A DNA stretch of 64,000 nt, from positions 5,901 through 69,900 of the forward strand of contig DASYSE010000066.1 of assembly GCA_036003705.1 (NCBI GenBank). The letters are read 5' to 3'. Under the pieces are notes generated by a model that ran no database searches, was not told where the DNA came from, and was given only the letters and a program-made list of their open reading frames with translations. The stretch is from Actinomycetes bacterium (lineage in GTDB: Bacteria; Actinomycetota; CALGFH01). Positions within the stretch are counted from its first letter, which is position 1. Every line of letters begins with the position of its first letter. Made by a program: the position numbers and the translations under genes. Shown piece after piece: positions 28,031-39,336 of this stretch.

Positions 28031-28947
28031 GGTGGGCTCGCCGCCGCCGTGGCGTCGGCGAGCTCGACCGCCTCGGCGAGCTCCCGGCGGACGGCGCGCA
28101 GCGCGGCGATGGCCGCGTCGCGGTCGGCCCGGTCGATGGTGTGGTGACTGAACTTGGCCCGCTCGAACAGGTCGGTGAGGCGGTGCACGGAGGTGGGGCT
28201 GGCCCATGCCGCCTCCAGCACCCGGGCGGCGTACTCGAACGGGGCCTCGGCCGCCCGCCTGGGGAAGCCGACCGCGGCCAGGCCGCGCTCCATCCTGGCC
28301 CAGGCGGCGATCACCGCCCGGCGGGGGTCGGGCTCGCGCTCCAGGTCGTCGAGGGTGTCGTCGACCAGCTCGACCAGGCGCGCGGCCGGCGACCGGGGCG
28401 GGTGCCGGCCGCGCCGGTCGGCCAGCAGCTGGGCGGCCACGATGGCGATCATCGCCAGCAGGGCCGTGCCGGCGACGACCAGCGGCACCACCCCGGGGCT
28501 GGGCGGAGCGGTCGGCACCTCGATCGAGCTGGGCGGCGTCGGGGTGCTGGAGGGGGTGACCCGGTCAACCAGCCCGTCCAGCCCGAGCGGGTGCCGGAGC
28601 AGCCACAGGACCAGGATCACGGCCAGCGGCAGCAGCACGCCGAACGTGCTGTTGCGCCGGCGCCTGGGGCTGTTGGGGCGGTGGTGGGGCAGAAGGACCA
28701 TGACAGCCAGCAGCCCGGCGGCCACCATGGCCAGGAGGATGAGCAGCAGCAGGCTGTCGACCAGGTCGGCCGGGTAGCTGGGCCGGCCACGGCCGCTGCC
28801 CAGCGGGCCACGCAGGCTGCCCACCGCGACCAGGGCCAGCAGCAGGACGGCGGCGATGGCCGGCGGCGCCGCCGACGAGCCCAGCCTCCGGCGGGTCGCG
28901 CCGCGGCCAGGCGGCGTGCGCCGCTCCGGCTGCCTGTCCTCCGCCAC
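28027..28947 (-). CDS. DUF4129-domain membrane protein
   Basis: Multiple TM helices are followed by a C-terminal DUF4129-like region (AAWARMERGLAAVGFPRRAAEAPFEYAARV...FERAKFSHHTI). Confidence 0.7.
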   Translation of the reverse strand: MAEDRQPERRTPPGRGATRRRLGSSAAPPAIAAVLLLALVAVGSLRGPLGSGRGRPSYPADLVDSLLLLILLAMVAAGLLAVMVLLPHHRPNSPRRRRNSTFGVLLPLAVILVLWLLRHPLGLDGLVDRVTPSSTPTPPSSIEVPTAPPSPGVVPLVVAGTALLAMIAIVAAQLLADRRGRHPPRSPAARLVELVDDTLDDLEREPDPRRAVIAAWARMERGLAAVGFPRRAAEAPFEYAARVLEAAWASPTSVHRLTDLFERAKFSHHTIDRADRDAAIAALRAVRRELAEAVELADATAAASPP

Positions 28948-29000
28948 GCGCTCCCTCGCCGCCTTGGTCCCACCCCCGGTGCGCCCATCGTCCCACAGTT

Positions 29001-29177
29001 GCGGGAGGCTCCGCCCCCCTGCATGCCCCGCGCTCGCCGCTGCCGGTGGTCGGTCCCTGCACCCTCAGCCCACGACCGGCGAGCCAGCTGCGGGGGCTCC
29101 GCCCCCTGCCATGCCCCCACTCGCCGCTGCCGGTGATCCGTCCCTCCACCCTCGGCTCACGACCGGTGCTCAGGCGG
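29001..29177. repeat. ~88-bp ×2 tandem direct repeat upstream of the DUF4129-MoxR operon, extending over the 3' end of the aminotransferase gene
   Basis: gcgggaggctccgcccccctgcatgccccgcgctcgccgctgccggtggtcggtccctgcaccctcagcccacgaccggcgagccagct is followed by a roughly 85% identical second copy. Confidence 0.75.
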
Positions 29178-30477
29178 TGGCGGCCTCGACGGCGCTTGCG
29201 GTCAGGTCGACCATCTCGTCGACCTCGGCGTCGGTGACCACCAGCGGTGGGCCGAGCATGACGAGGTCGCCGTCGACGCCGTCGGCGCAGCCGGTGGACC
29301 AGTACAGCAGCAGGCCGCGGTCGCGGGCGGCCGCGACCACGCGCTCGGCGACCCGCGCCGGCCGCGGGAACGGCGCCCTGGTGACCCGGTCGGCGACCAG
29401 CTCGACGGCCACCATCAGCCCCAGGCCGCGGATGTCACCGGCGGCCGGATGGCCGGCGAGCCGCGCCTCCAGCCCGGCCCGCAGCCGCTTGCCCCTGGTC
29501 TCGGCCGCCTCCACCAGCCGGCGCTCCCGCAGCACCCGCAGCACCGCCCGGCCGGCGGCGGCGCCGACCACATGGTGGGAATAGGTGAGGCCGTGGGTGA
29601 AGCCGCCCTCCCCGATGGTGTCGTGGACCTCCCCGGAGGCGACCGCCAGACCGAGCGGCCAGTACCCGGAGGCGGCTCCCTTGGCCAGGACCAGGATGTC
29701 GGGCCTGACCGCCCAGTGGTCGCAGGCGAACCAGCGTCCGGTGCGGCCGAACCCGGTCATGACCTCGTCGGCGATCAGCAGGACCCCGTGGCGGCGGCAG
29801 ACCTCGGTCACCGCCGGCCAGTAGTCGTCGGGCGGGACGGCCGCGCCCAGCCCGGCCCCGGCGACCGGCTCGGCCACGAACGCGGCCACCGTGCCCGGCC
29901 CCGAGGCCAGGATCTCCTGCTCCAGAGCCTCGGCGTAGCGGCCGCCGCAGCCGACCGGGTGGGTGTCGGGGAACGGGCAGCGGTACTCGTAGGCGGCGAG
30001 GGTGTGGCCGGCCAGGCCGAGCCAGGGCAGGTAGGGCCGGCGCAGCGGCTCGCGGCCCCCGGCGTCCAGCGCCCCCCTGGTGTTGCCGTGGTAGCTGCCC
30101 CGGCGGCCGATCACCCGATGGCGGTCCTCGCCGCGGGCCAGGTGGTAGGCGCGGGCCATCTTCAGCGCGGTCTCGATCGCCTCGCTCCCGCCCGACACCG
30201 GGTAGGTGCGGGCGTCGTCCACGGGCACCAGCCCGGCCAGCTCCTCGGCGTAGGCCTCCAGCGCCTCGGAGGTGAACATGGTGCCGTGGGCGTAGGCGAC
30301 CCGCCCCATCTGGTCGAAGATGGCCTCGGCCACCGAGGCGTCGCCGTGGCCGATGCCGACGACGATCGCCCCGCCGGCCCCGTCCAGATAGCGGCGACCC
30401 TCGGTGTCCCAGAGCTCGCAGCCGCTGGCCCTGGCCACCGTCGGCAGCCCGCTCCCCCTGGCGAACAGGTGGCTCAC
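29170..30477 (-). CDS. class-III pyridoxal-phosphate aminotransferase (omega-transaminase family)
   Basis: 435 aa with typical class-III AT motifs (LLIADEVMTGFGRTGRWFA, VLAKGAASGY). Confidence 0.85.
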   Translation of the reverse strand: MSHLFARGSGLPTVARASGCELWDTEGRRYLDGAGGAIVVGIGHGDASVAEAIFDQMGRVAYAHGTMFTSEALEAYAEELAGLVPVDDARTYPVSGGSEAIETALKMARAYHLARGEDRHRVIGRRGSYHGNTRGALDAGGREPLRRPYLPWLGLAGHTLAAYEYRCPFPDTHPVGCGGRYAEALEQEILASGPGTVAAFVAEPVAGAGLGAAVPPDDYWPAVTEVCRRHGVLLIADEVMTGFGRTGRWFACDHWAVRPDILVLAKGAASGYWPLGLAVASGEVHDTIGEGGFTHGLTYSHHVVGAAAGRAVLRVLRERRLVEAAETRGKRLRAGLEARLAGHPAAGDIRGLGLMVAVELVADRVTRAPFPRPARVAERVVAAARDRGLLLYWSTGCADGVDGDLVMLGPPLVVTDAEVDEMVDLTASAVEAATA

Positions 30478-30583
30478 CTCGGCCCCTCACGGTGAGGATC
30501 GTTGCCGGCCGGCTCTTGGGGGGGTCCGGGGGGGAGGACTCCCCTCCGGATGAGCCGGGGACCGCCTCGAGTGCATGTCTGTC

Positions 30584-31327
30584 TCACCTCGTCACATACA
30601 CCCCCTGGGGGTCGAGCTCCTCCCGGATGAGGCGCAGCTCCTCGTCGGTCGGGTCGGGGGTGACCTGCAGGTCGCCGGCCAGCTTGAGGTCCCAGCCGGT
30701 GGCGGCGCGGACGTCGTCGACCCGCACCCCCGGGTGGATGGCGGCCAGGCACATCTCTCCGGTGTCGGGGTCGAAGCCGTAGCGGCCGAGGTCGGTGACC
30801 ACCACCGACGGGCCGAGGCCCTGCCAGCCCTTGGCGGCCCGCAGGGCGGCCCCGCCGAGGTTGCCTGGGCTGGTCCGGAAGTCGATCCGCTCGACGAACG
30901 AGCGGGCCGACTGGCGCATGAGCACGAACACCTCGCGGGCGTTGATGGCGATCTCGCAGGCGCCGCCCGACCCGGGCAGCCGGACCTTGGGCTGCTGGTA
31001 GTCGCCGATCACGGTGGTGTTGATGTTGCCGAACCGGTCGAGCTGGGCGGCGCCGAGGAAGCCGACGTCGACCAGCCCGCCCTGGAGGTAGTAGGAGAAC
31101 AGCTCCACCATGCTCATGGCCGCGGTCGCCCCGGTGACCAGGCACGGGTCGCCGATCGACAGGGGCAGCCGGGCAGGCCTCGCGCCGTAGACGCCCGACT
31201 CGTAGATCAGCTCGATGTCGGGCGCGACCGTCCGCTGGGCCAGGGCGACGGCGATGTTGGGCAGCCCGATGCCGACGAAGCACACCCGCCGCCCGGCCAG
31301 CGCCCGCGCCCCGGCCACCACCAGCAT
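30584..31327 (-). CDS. CoA-transferase subunit B (glutaconate/3-oxoacid CoA-transferase family); alternative coupled starts at 31402 and 31450 within a duplicated junction
   Basis: Conserved core from MLVVAGARALAGRRVCFVGIGLP...GSGGACEI. The upstream in-frame segment encodes MGGGSGGLKGRRGLPL twice. Confidence 0.75.
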   Translation of the reverse strand: MLVVAGARALAGRRVCFVGIGLPNIAVALAQRTVAPDIELIYESGVYGARPARLPLSIGDPCLVTGATAAMSMVELFSYYLQGGLVDVGFLGAAQLDRFGNINTTVIGDYQQPKVRLPGSGGACEIAINAREVFVLMRQSARSFVERIDFRTSPGNLGGAALRAAKGWQGLGPSVVVTDLGRYGFDPDTGEMCLAAIHPGVRVDDVRAATGWDLKLAGDLQVTPDPTDEELRLIREELDPQGVYVTR

Positions 31328-31360
31328 CTCGTTCCTGGACCAGTCCCGTCCCTGCGGGGG

Positions 31361-31457
31361 GCTGCCGCTTCGCCCCTTCAGCCCCCCGGACCCCCCGCCC
31401 ATCAGCGGTAGTCCCCTTCGCCCCTTCAGCCCCCCGGAGCCCCCGCCCATCAGCGGT
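31361..31457. repeat. 48-bp ×2 tandem duplication of the gctA-stop/gctB-start junction
   Basis: Two copies of ttcgccccttcagccccccgga(c/g)cccccgcccatcagcggtagtcccc. On the reverse strand each copy contains GACTACCGCTGATGGGCGGGGG, the last codons of subunit A overlapping an ATG. Confidence 0.8.
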
Positions 31458-32346
31458 AGTCCCCGTAGTCGACCGCGCCGGACAGGGCCGGGGCCGGGGT
31501 CAGCTCGGCCCAGCGCTCGGCGCCGAGCTTGTCCACGTACTCCTGGTGGGTCGCGGTGCCGTGGACCCACTCGTCCAGCCAGGCGGCAAGGCGCCGCGGG
31601 TCGCGGCTGATCTGGTCCCATTCCAGGTAGAAGCGGTTGTCGCGGTCGTAGTAGCCCTGGGCGTAGGAGGGGTGGGCGCCGCGCGGGCAGACGACCACCG
31701 CGTCGACCTTGATGCCGGGGATCAGGGTCCGGTTGGGGTCGGCCCGCACGACCTCCTCGGCGACCAGCTCCTCGACGACCACGATCACCCGGCCGGCCGC
31801 GAACGCCGCCTCCTTCTGGCAGCCGGTCAGCCCCCAGATCTGGGTGTTGCCGGCCGCATCGGCCCGCTGGGCGCCGACAATGGCCACGTCGGGGTTGAGC
31901 GGCGGCACCGCGAACACCGGCTCGCCGCCGAACGGGGAGGTGACCGGACGGATGTTGGGGTTGACCCGGGGCAGGTCGGTCTCGAAGTAGGACCGCAGCG
32001 GCCAGAACGGCAGCTTGGCGGCGCCGGCGGTGTAGCGCCCGACCATCCCGAAGTGGCTGTACTCCTCCAGCTCCAGCGGGGCCGGGTCATGGTGCTCGAC
32101 CCGCCGCCGGATGGCGTGCAGCGACCCCACCCCCGGGTTGCCCATCCAGGAGAAGACCAGCTTGCGCGCCACCCCTGCCGCGACCATCTGGTCGTAGACG
32201 ACATCGGGGGTGAGCCGGCACAGGGTCAGGTCGCGGCGCCGCTGGCGGATCACCTCGTGCCCGGCCGCGAACGAGATCAGATGCGTGAAGCCTTCGATGG
32301 CCAGGGTGTCGCCGTCGCGGACCAGCTCCGAGATGGCGTCGTGCAT
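31450..32346 (-). CDS. CoA-transferase subunit A (GctA-like); start uncertain
   Basis: SKVASMHDAISELVRDGDTLAIEGFTH aligns with GctA N-termini, and the protein has a conserved C-terminus. The ORF is open to 32469. Confidence 0.7.
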   Translation of the reverse strand: MHDAISELVRDGDTLAIEGFTHLISFAAGHEVIRQRRRDLTLCRLTPDVVYDQMVAAGVARKLVFSWMGNPGVGSLHAIRRRVEHHDPAPLELEEYSHFGMVGRYTAGAAKLPFWPLRSYFETDLPRVNPNIRPVTSPFGGEPVFAVPPLNPDVAIVGAQRADAAGNTQIWGLTGCQKEAAFAAGRVIVVVEELVAEEVVRADPNRTLIPGIKVDAVVVCPRGAHPSYAQGYYDRDNRFYLEWDQISRDPRRLAAWLDEWVHGTATHQEYVDKLGAERWAELTPAPALSGAVDYGDYR

Positions 32347-32395
32347 GCTGGCGACCTTGCTGGCACCTCGACCAACCGCGGTCCCCGGTCCACGT

Positions 32396-32423
32396 GGGGG
32401 GAGCCCCGGCTCCCCTCCACCGC
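32396..32423. repeat. dispersed GC-rich hairpin element, copy 1 (GGGGGAGCCCCGGCTCCCCTCCACCGCC), between the gabT-like stop and the gctA start
   Basis: A 28-bp sequence shared at 26 of 28 positions with 47656-47683. It contains the palindrome GGGGAGC-N4-GCTCCCC and lies immediately 3' of a minus-strand gene. Confidence 0.6.
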
Positions 32424-32461
32424 CACCCGGGAGCGCCGGCGCCATGGTCGGCCGACCCGCT

Positions 32462-33780
32462 TCACTCACCGGCGACCTCCTCGACCGCCTCGGTGAACAG
32501 GCGCAGGGCGGTGCGGCACTGGTCGGCGGTGACGACCAGCGGCGGGGACAGCCGCACGGCGCTCTCCCCCGCCTCCAGCACCAGCAGGCCGCGGCGGAAG
32601 CAGGCCAGCTGCACCTCCTCGGCCAGCTTGCCGCTGGGGAACTCGACCCCGAGCATCAGCCCGACCCCACGGACCTCCTCCATCAGCCAGCCGAACCGGC
32701 GGCGCAGCCGCTCCAGCCCCTCCAGCAGCAGCTCACCCTGGGCGGTCGCGTTGGCCAGCAGCTTCTCCTCGCCCAGGACCTCAAGGGTGGCCAGGCCGGC
32801 CGCGCACGGCACCGGGCTGCCGCCGTAGGTGGAACCGTGGGCCCCCTTCGGCCAGCGCCACAGCTCGTCCCGGGCCATGAACGCGCCAAGGGGCAGCCCC
32901 GAGGCGATCCCCTTGGCCGCGATCAGCACGTCCGGCTCGACCCCGGCGTGCTCGATGGCCCACATCCGCCCGGTCCGGCCCATGCCCGACTGGACCTCGT
33001 CGGCCACGAACAGGATGCCGTGGCGTTCGCACAGGGCCTTGAGCCTGGCCAGCCAGCCCGGCGGGGGGACGATGTAGCCGCCCTCGCCCTGGATCGGCTC
33101 GACGAACACGGCCGCGACCTCGCCGGGATCGACCTGGTAGCGGAACAAGGTGTCCTCCAGCCAGTCGACGGTGGCCAGGCCGCATTCCGGGTAGGTCAGG
33201 TTGAGCGGGCAGCGGTGACAGTAGCCGTAGGGGGCGTGCAGCACCCCCGGCAGCAGCGGCCCGAACCCGGTGTGGTACCTGGCCTTGGAGGCGGTGAGGC
33301 TGACCGAGCCGTAGCTGCGGCCGTGGAAGGCGCCGTAGAAGCTGATCGCGTACTGCCGGCCGGTGGCCGCCCTGGCCAGCTTCAGCGCCCCCTCGACGGC
33401 CTCGGTGCCGGAGTTGGTCAGAAACGCCCGCACCGGTCCCGCCATCGGTGCGGTCGCGGTCAGCGCCTCGCAGTATTCGGAGTAGACGGGCAGGTAGAAG
33501 TCGCTGGCCGAGTAGTGCAGCAGGTCGGCGGCCTGGCGTCCGACCGCCTCGACCACGGTCGGGTGGGCGTGGCCGGTCGAGCAGACGGCGATGCCGGCGT
33601 TGAAGTCGAGGAACAGGTTGCCGTCGACGTCCTCGATCAGCGCGCCGCTCCCCCGGCGGGGCACCATCGGGTAGGCGCGGGGCAGCGACGGGCTGGTCAC
33701 CGCCGCGTCCCGCTCCAGCACCCTGCGGGCCTGCGGTCCCGGCACCGCGGTTCGCAGGTCGGGCACCGGCCGGGCCGGGT
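32462..33780 (-). CDS. 4-aminobutyrate/5-aminovalerate aminotransferase (GabT/DavT-like, class III)
   Basis: It aligns with E. coli GabT from RVLERDAAV...LIEDVDGNLFLDF through FVADEVQSGMGRTGRMWA...AKGIASGLPL. The start is probably a GTG/TTG near 33780-33800, just downstream of the dehydrogenase stop. The listed 1004-aa ORF is read-through. Confidence 0.8.
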
Positions 33781-33810
33781 CCAGCCAGTCGCCCACCGGA
33801 GCGCCTGCGC

Positions 33811-35370
33811 TCAACCGACCACCGTCTGCGACTGCTCGCGCATGAACTGCTGCACGTAGTACGGGCCGCCGCCGGCCTTGCCGGAGCTGCCCGACCCCTT
33901 CCAGCCGCCGAACGGCTGCACGCCCGGCCAGGCGCCGGTGGTGGCGCCGGCCTTGCGGTTGACGTAGACGACCCCGGCCTGGATCCGGTCGAGGAACCGG
34001 TCGACCTCGGCCTCGTCGCCAGAGTAGAAGCCGGCGGTCAGGCCGTATTCGGTGTCGTTGGCCAGCTCCATCGCCTCGTCGATCGAGTCCACCGGGGCAA
34101 CGGCCACGAACGGCACGAACAGCTCGTCCTTGAACAACCGGTGGTCGGCGGGCAGGTCGGCGACCACCGTCGGGGCGACGTAGTTGCCGTCGGGCAGGTC
34201 GTCGCCATTGAGCACCTCGCCGCCGGCGAGCACGCGGCCCTCCTTGCGCGCCTCCCTGACGGCCTGCTTGAACCGGTCGACCGCCTGCTCGTCGATCACC
34301 GGGCCCATGTAGACGTCGCGGTCCAGCGGGTCGCCGACCCGGAGCTGGGTGGCCCGGTCGGCCAGCCGGCCGGTGAACTCCCCGGCCACCGCCCGCTCCA
34401 CGTACACCCGCGAGCAGGCCGAGCACTTCTGGCCCGAGAAGCCGAACGCCGACCGGAGCACGCCCTCGGCGGCCAGGTCCAGATCGGCCTTGGCCGACAC
34501 GATGGCCGGGTTCTTGCCGCCCATCTCGCAGATCGCCGGCCGGGGGATGCCCTTGGAGAACTCCTTGTAGATCTTCATGCCGACCGCGTAGGAGCCGGTG
34601 AAGGTGATGCCGTCGATGCCCGGGTGGTCGACCACCAGCTTGCCCACCTCGTCGCCGCCGGGCAGCAGGTGGAAGGCGCCGGCGGGCAGGCCGGCGTCGC
34701 GCAGGCAGACGTACAGCTGGTAGGCGGTGAACGAGCCCTGCGGGGAGGGCTTGAGCACCACCGTGTTGCCGGCGGCCAGGGCCCCGCCGGCCGGCCCGGC
34801 GGCCAGGGCCATGGGGAAGTTGAACGGGCTGATCACCGCCCACACGCCGTACGGCTTGAGCACCGACCGGGTGTGCTCGTCGGCCGACAGCTGGCCCATC
34901 CTGCGGGCGAACCCGTCGTTGTCGTCCAGCTGCTGGCAGTAGTAGCGGATCAGGTCGGCCGACTCCTCGACGTCGCCGAGGGCCTCCAGCCGGTTCTTGC
35001 CGACCTCCATGGTCATCAGGGCGGCCAGCTCGTTGGAGCGCTCGCTGATCAGGTCGGCGGCCCGGCGCAGCAGCGCCACCCGCTCCTGCCACGGCATGCC
35101 CGACCAGGCCGGGAAGGTGGCCTTGGCGGCGGTGACGGCGTCGTCGACGTCGCGCTCGCTGGCCGAGTGGACTTCTGCCAGCTCCAGCTTGGCGTCGTTG
35201 GGGCTGCCCAGCATGAAGGTCTCGCCGTCGGTGCGGGGCTGGCCGTCGACGACCGTGGGGATGGTCTGGCCGACCCAGGCCCTGGCCGTCTTCAGGCCCT
35301 CCTCGTAGGCGGCGTGCAGTTCCTCGTTGTCGGCCGAGAGGGTGGCGTAGGTGACCCGGAACTTGGCCAT
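33811..35370 (-). CDS. NAD(P)-dependent aldehyde dehydrogenase (semialdehyde dehydrogenase family)
   Basis: 519 aa with ALDH motifs (ELGGKNP-like CEMGGKNPAIV, the catalytic-Cys region FGFSGQKCSACSR, and GTVVLKPS). Confidence 0.9.
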   Translation of the reverse strand: MAKFRVTYATLSADNEELHAAYEEGLKTARAWVGQTIPTVVDGQPRTDGETFMLGSPNDAKLELAEVHSASERDVDDAVTAAKATFPAWSGMPWQERVALLRRAADLISERSNELAALMTMEVGKNRLEALGDVEESADLIRYYCQQLDDNDGFARRMGQLSADEHTRSVLKPYGVWAVISPFNFPMALAAGPAGGALAAGNTVVLKPSPQGSFTAYQLYVCLRDAGLPAGAFHLLPGGDEVGKLVVDHPGIDGITFTGSYAVGMKIYKEFSKGIPRPAICEMGGKNPAIVSAKADLDLAAEGVLRSAFGFSGQKCSACSRVYVERAVAGEFTGRLADRATQLRVGDPLDRDVYMGPVIDEQAVDRFKQAVREARKEGRVLAGGEVLNGDDLPDGNYVAPTVVADLPADHRLFKDELFVPFVAVAPVDSIDEAMELANDTEYGLTAGFYSGDEAEVDRFLDRIQAGVVYVNRKAGATTGAWPGVQPFGGWKGSGSSGKAGGGPYYVQQFMREQSQTVVG

Positions 35371-35438
35371 GGTGGTGCTCCCTTCGATGGGCGGCGCGCT
35401 GCTTCAGGTTGCCGTCGGAGACGAGTCTACCTGGGGTG

Positions 35439-37109
35439 TTAGGTCCAGCCGCCGAAGCTCCGGGCGGCGGGGACATGCAGCTGCTCCGGCCCGTGGGCCA
35501 GGCGGCCGGCGACCATGGTGAAGATCGCCTCGGTGCCTTCCAGGCCGCGGGGGTCGGCGGCGAGCACGTCGCCGGCGAAGGCGGTCAGGTCGGCCCGCTG
35601 GCCGGCCTCGATGGTGCCGCTGACCCGCTCCTGGCGGGCCAGGATCCGGCCGCCGAGGGTGAACACCTCCAGGGCGACGGGCAGGCCGAGGCGCTGGCTG
35701 GGCCGGTGGTGGTGGACGGCGGCGGCAACCCCGTGCCATGGGTCGAGCGGGGTGACGCGGGCGTCGGAGGAGCCGCCGGTCGGCACCCCGCGCCGCCACA
35801 GGTCGGCGAACGGGTTCATGCTCTTGGCCCGGCGCGGGCCCAGCCGGCGGGCGTACATGCCGTCGGGGCCGCCCCAGGCGGCGTCGAAGGCCGGCTGCAC
35901 GCTGGCCGCCAGCCCCAGCTCGGCCATCCGGTCGGCGCCGTCGGCCCCCAGCAGCTCGACATGCTCGATCCGGTGCCGGCAGCCCCGGAAGGCGGTCGGG
36001 CCGACCGTCCGCACGGCCCGGCGGGCGCAGCGCAGGGCCTGGCCGATGGCCACGTCGCCGATGGCGTGGACCCCGACCTGCACGCCTTCCAGGCTGGCCC
36101 GGACGTAGAGCTCGGTCAGCTCCTCGTCGTCGTGGTACAGCACCCCGCAGGTGTCGGGCCGGTCATGGTAGGGGGTGGACAGGGCGGCGGTGTGGGAGCC
36201 GAGCGACCCGTCGAGGAACAGGTCGCCCCCGACCTGGGAGAGCTTCCGCCCGGCCACGTAGTCCAGGTCCAGGTCGCCCCAGTAGCCGATCACCTCGATG
36301 GGCAGCGCCTCCACCCGGTCCAGCAGCAGCTCGAAGTCACGGCGACCGGTGATGTCGGGGCCGGCCATCTCGTGGACGCAGGTCACCCCGCGCCTGGCGG
36401 CAAGGCACAGGGCGGCGTCCTGGGCGGCCAGCAGGGTGGCGGCGGGCAGGCTGTCGAGGGCGAACCGGCGGGCCAGGTGGTTGGCCTCGCCTCCGGTCAC
36501 CCCGGTGGGGGCGCCGTCGGCGCCCCGGTCGCAGCCGGGGGCGTCCAGCGCGCCCGAGTCGCCGAGCACGTCGAGGGTGGCGAAGCCCTGGTGGCCGTCG
36601 ACCCGCGACAGGTAGACGGGGCGGCCCCCGGCGGCCTCGGCCAGCGCGGCCGGGGAGGGCAGCTCCGGGGTGGCGAACCGGGTCTCGTCGTAACCGTCGC
36701 CCCAGAGCAGGCCACCGGCGCCGGCGTGGCCGGCCCGTGCCGCGGCCGCCCTGACCCGGTCCAGCAGTTCGGCCGGGGAGCGGACCTCGCGCAGGTCGGC
36801 GCCGTGGTCGGCCAGGCCGGTGGCGGACAGGTGGACATGGGCGTCGACGAACCCGGGCATGAGGGTGGCGTCGCCGAGGTCGACCACCCGGTCGGCGCCC
36901 AGCGACGCGGCGTCGGCGGCGGGGACGATCGCGGTGATGCGCCCGCTCTCGATGGCGACGGCCAGGTCGAGGCGGCGGCCGAGGGCGTCGCCGAGGCGGT
37001 TGCGGGAGTCATGGAGGCTCGACCCGGCTGCCCCCCAGACGGTGTGGGCGATCACCACGAGGCCGGGCACGGGTTTGGGGAACCTCCTCGGGCGCCGGGC
37101 CGGCGCCAT
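35439..37109 (-). CDS. amidohydrolase-family metal-dependent hydrolase (Amidohydro_3-like)
   Basis: Metal-binding motifs are present (GFVDAHVHL, HAIGD, GSDA-like GGSSDA). Confidence 0.75.
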   Translation of the reverse strand: MAPARRPRRFPKPVPGLVVIAHTVWGAAGSSLHDSRNRLGDALGRRLDLAVAIESGRITAIVPAADAASLGADRVVDLGDATLMPGFVDAHVHLSATGLADHGADLREVRSPAELLDRVRAAAARAGHAGAGGLLWGDGYDETRFATPELPSPAALAEAAGGRPVYLSRVDGHQGFATLDVLGDSGALDAPGCDRGADGAPTGVTGGEANHLARRFALDSLPAATLLAAQDAALCLAARRGVTCVHEMAGPDITGRRDFELLLDRVEALPIEVIGYWGDLDLDYVAGRKLSQVGGDLFLDGSLGSHTAALSTPYHDRPDTCGVLYHDDEELTELYVRASLEGVQVGVHAIGDVAIGQALRCARRAVRTVGPTAFRGCRHRIEHVELLGADGADRMAELGLAASVQPAFDAAWGGPDGMYARRLGPRRAKSMNPFADLWRRGVPTGGSSDARVTPLDPWHGVAAAVHHHRPSQRLGLPVALEVFTLGGRILARQERVSGTIEAGQRADLTAFAGDVLAADPRGLEGTEAIFTMVAGRLAHGPEQLHVPAARSFGGWT

Positions 37110-37290
37110 GGCATCACGGGACCGACGAACACGTCGGACTGTAGGCTGGCAGTCTAGGCAATGTCCCCCATGGGGGCCAGGGGGGCGTCCGATCGGGCTG
37201 CCCTGTCTGGCGGGATACCGGGCCGTGTCGCATACTCGAAGCCAGCATTGCGCAGGTCGGCCGGCTGAAGGCGTCAGGAAGGCGGGGTCC

Positions 37291-39318
<2,028 letters not shown>

Positions 39319-39336
39319 GGCCCACGGCGGTCTTGG

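Noticed and set aside
32462-35476. 1004-aa minus-strand ORF
   Set aside because: It is a read-through artefact. Only its last ~440 codons are the GabT-like gene. Upstream it is out of frame with the well-supported aldehyde dehydrogenase (33811..35370).
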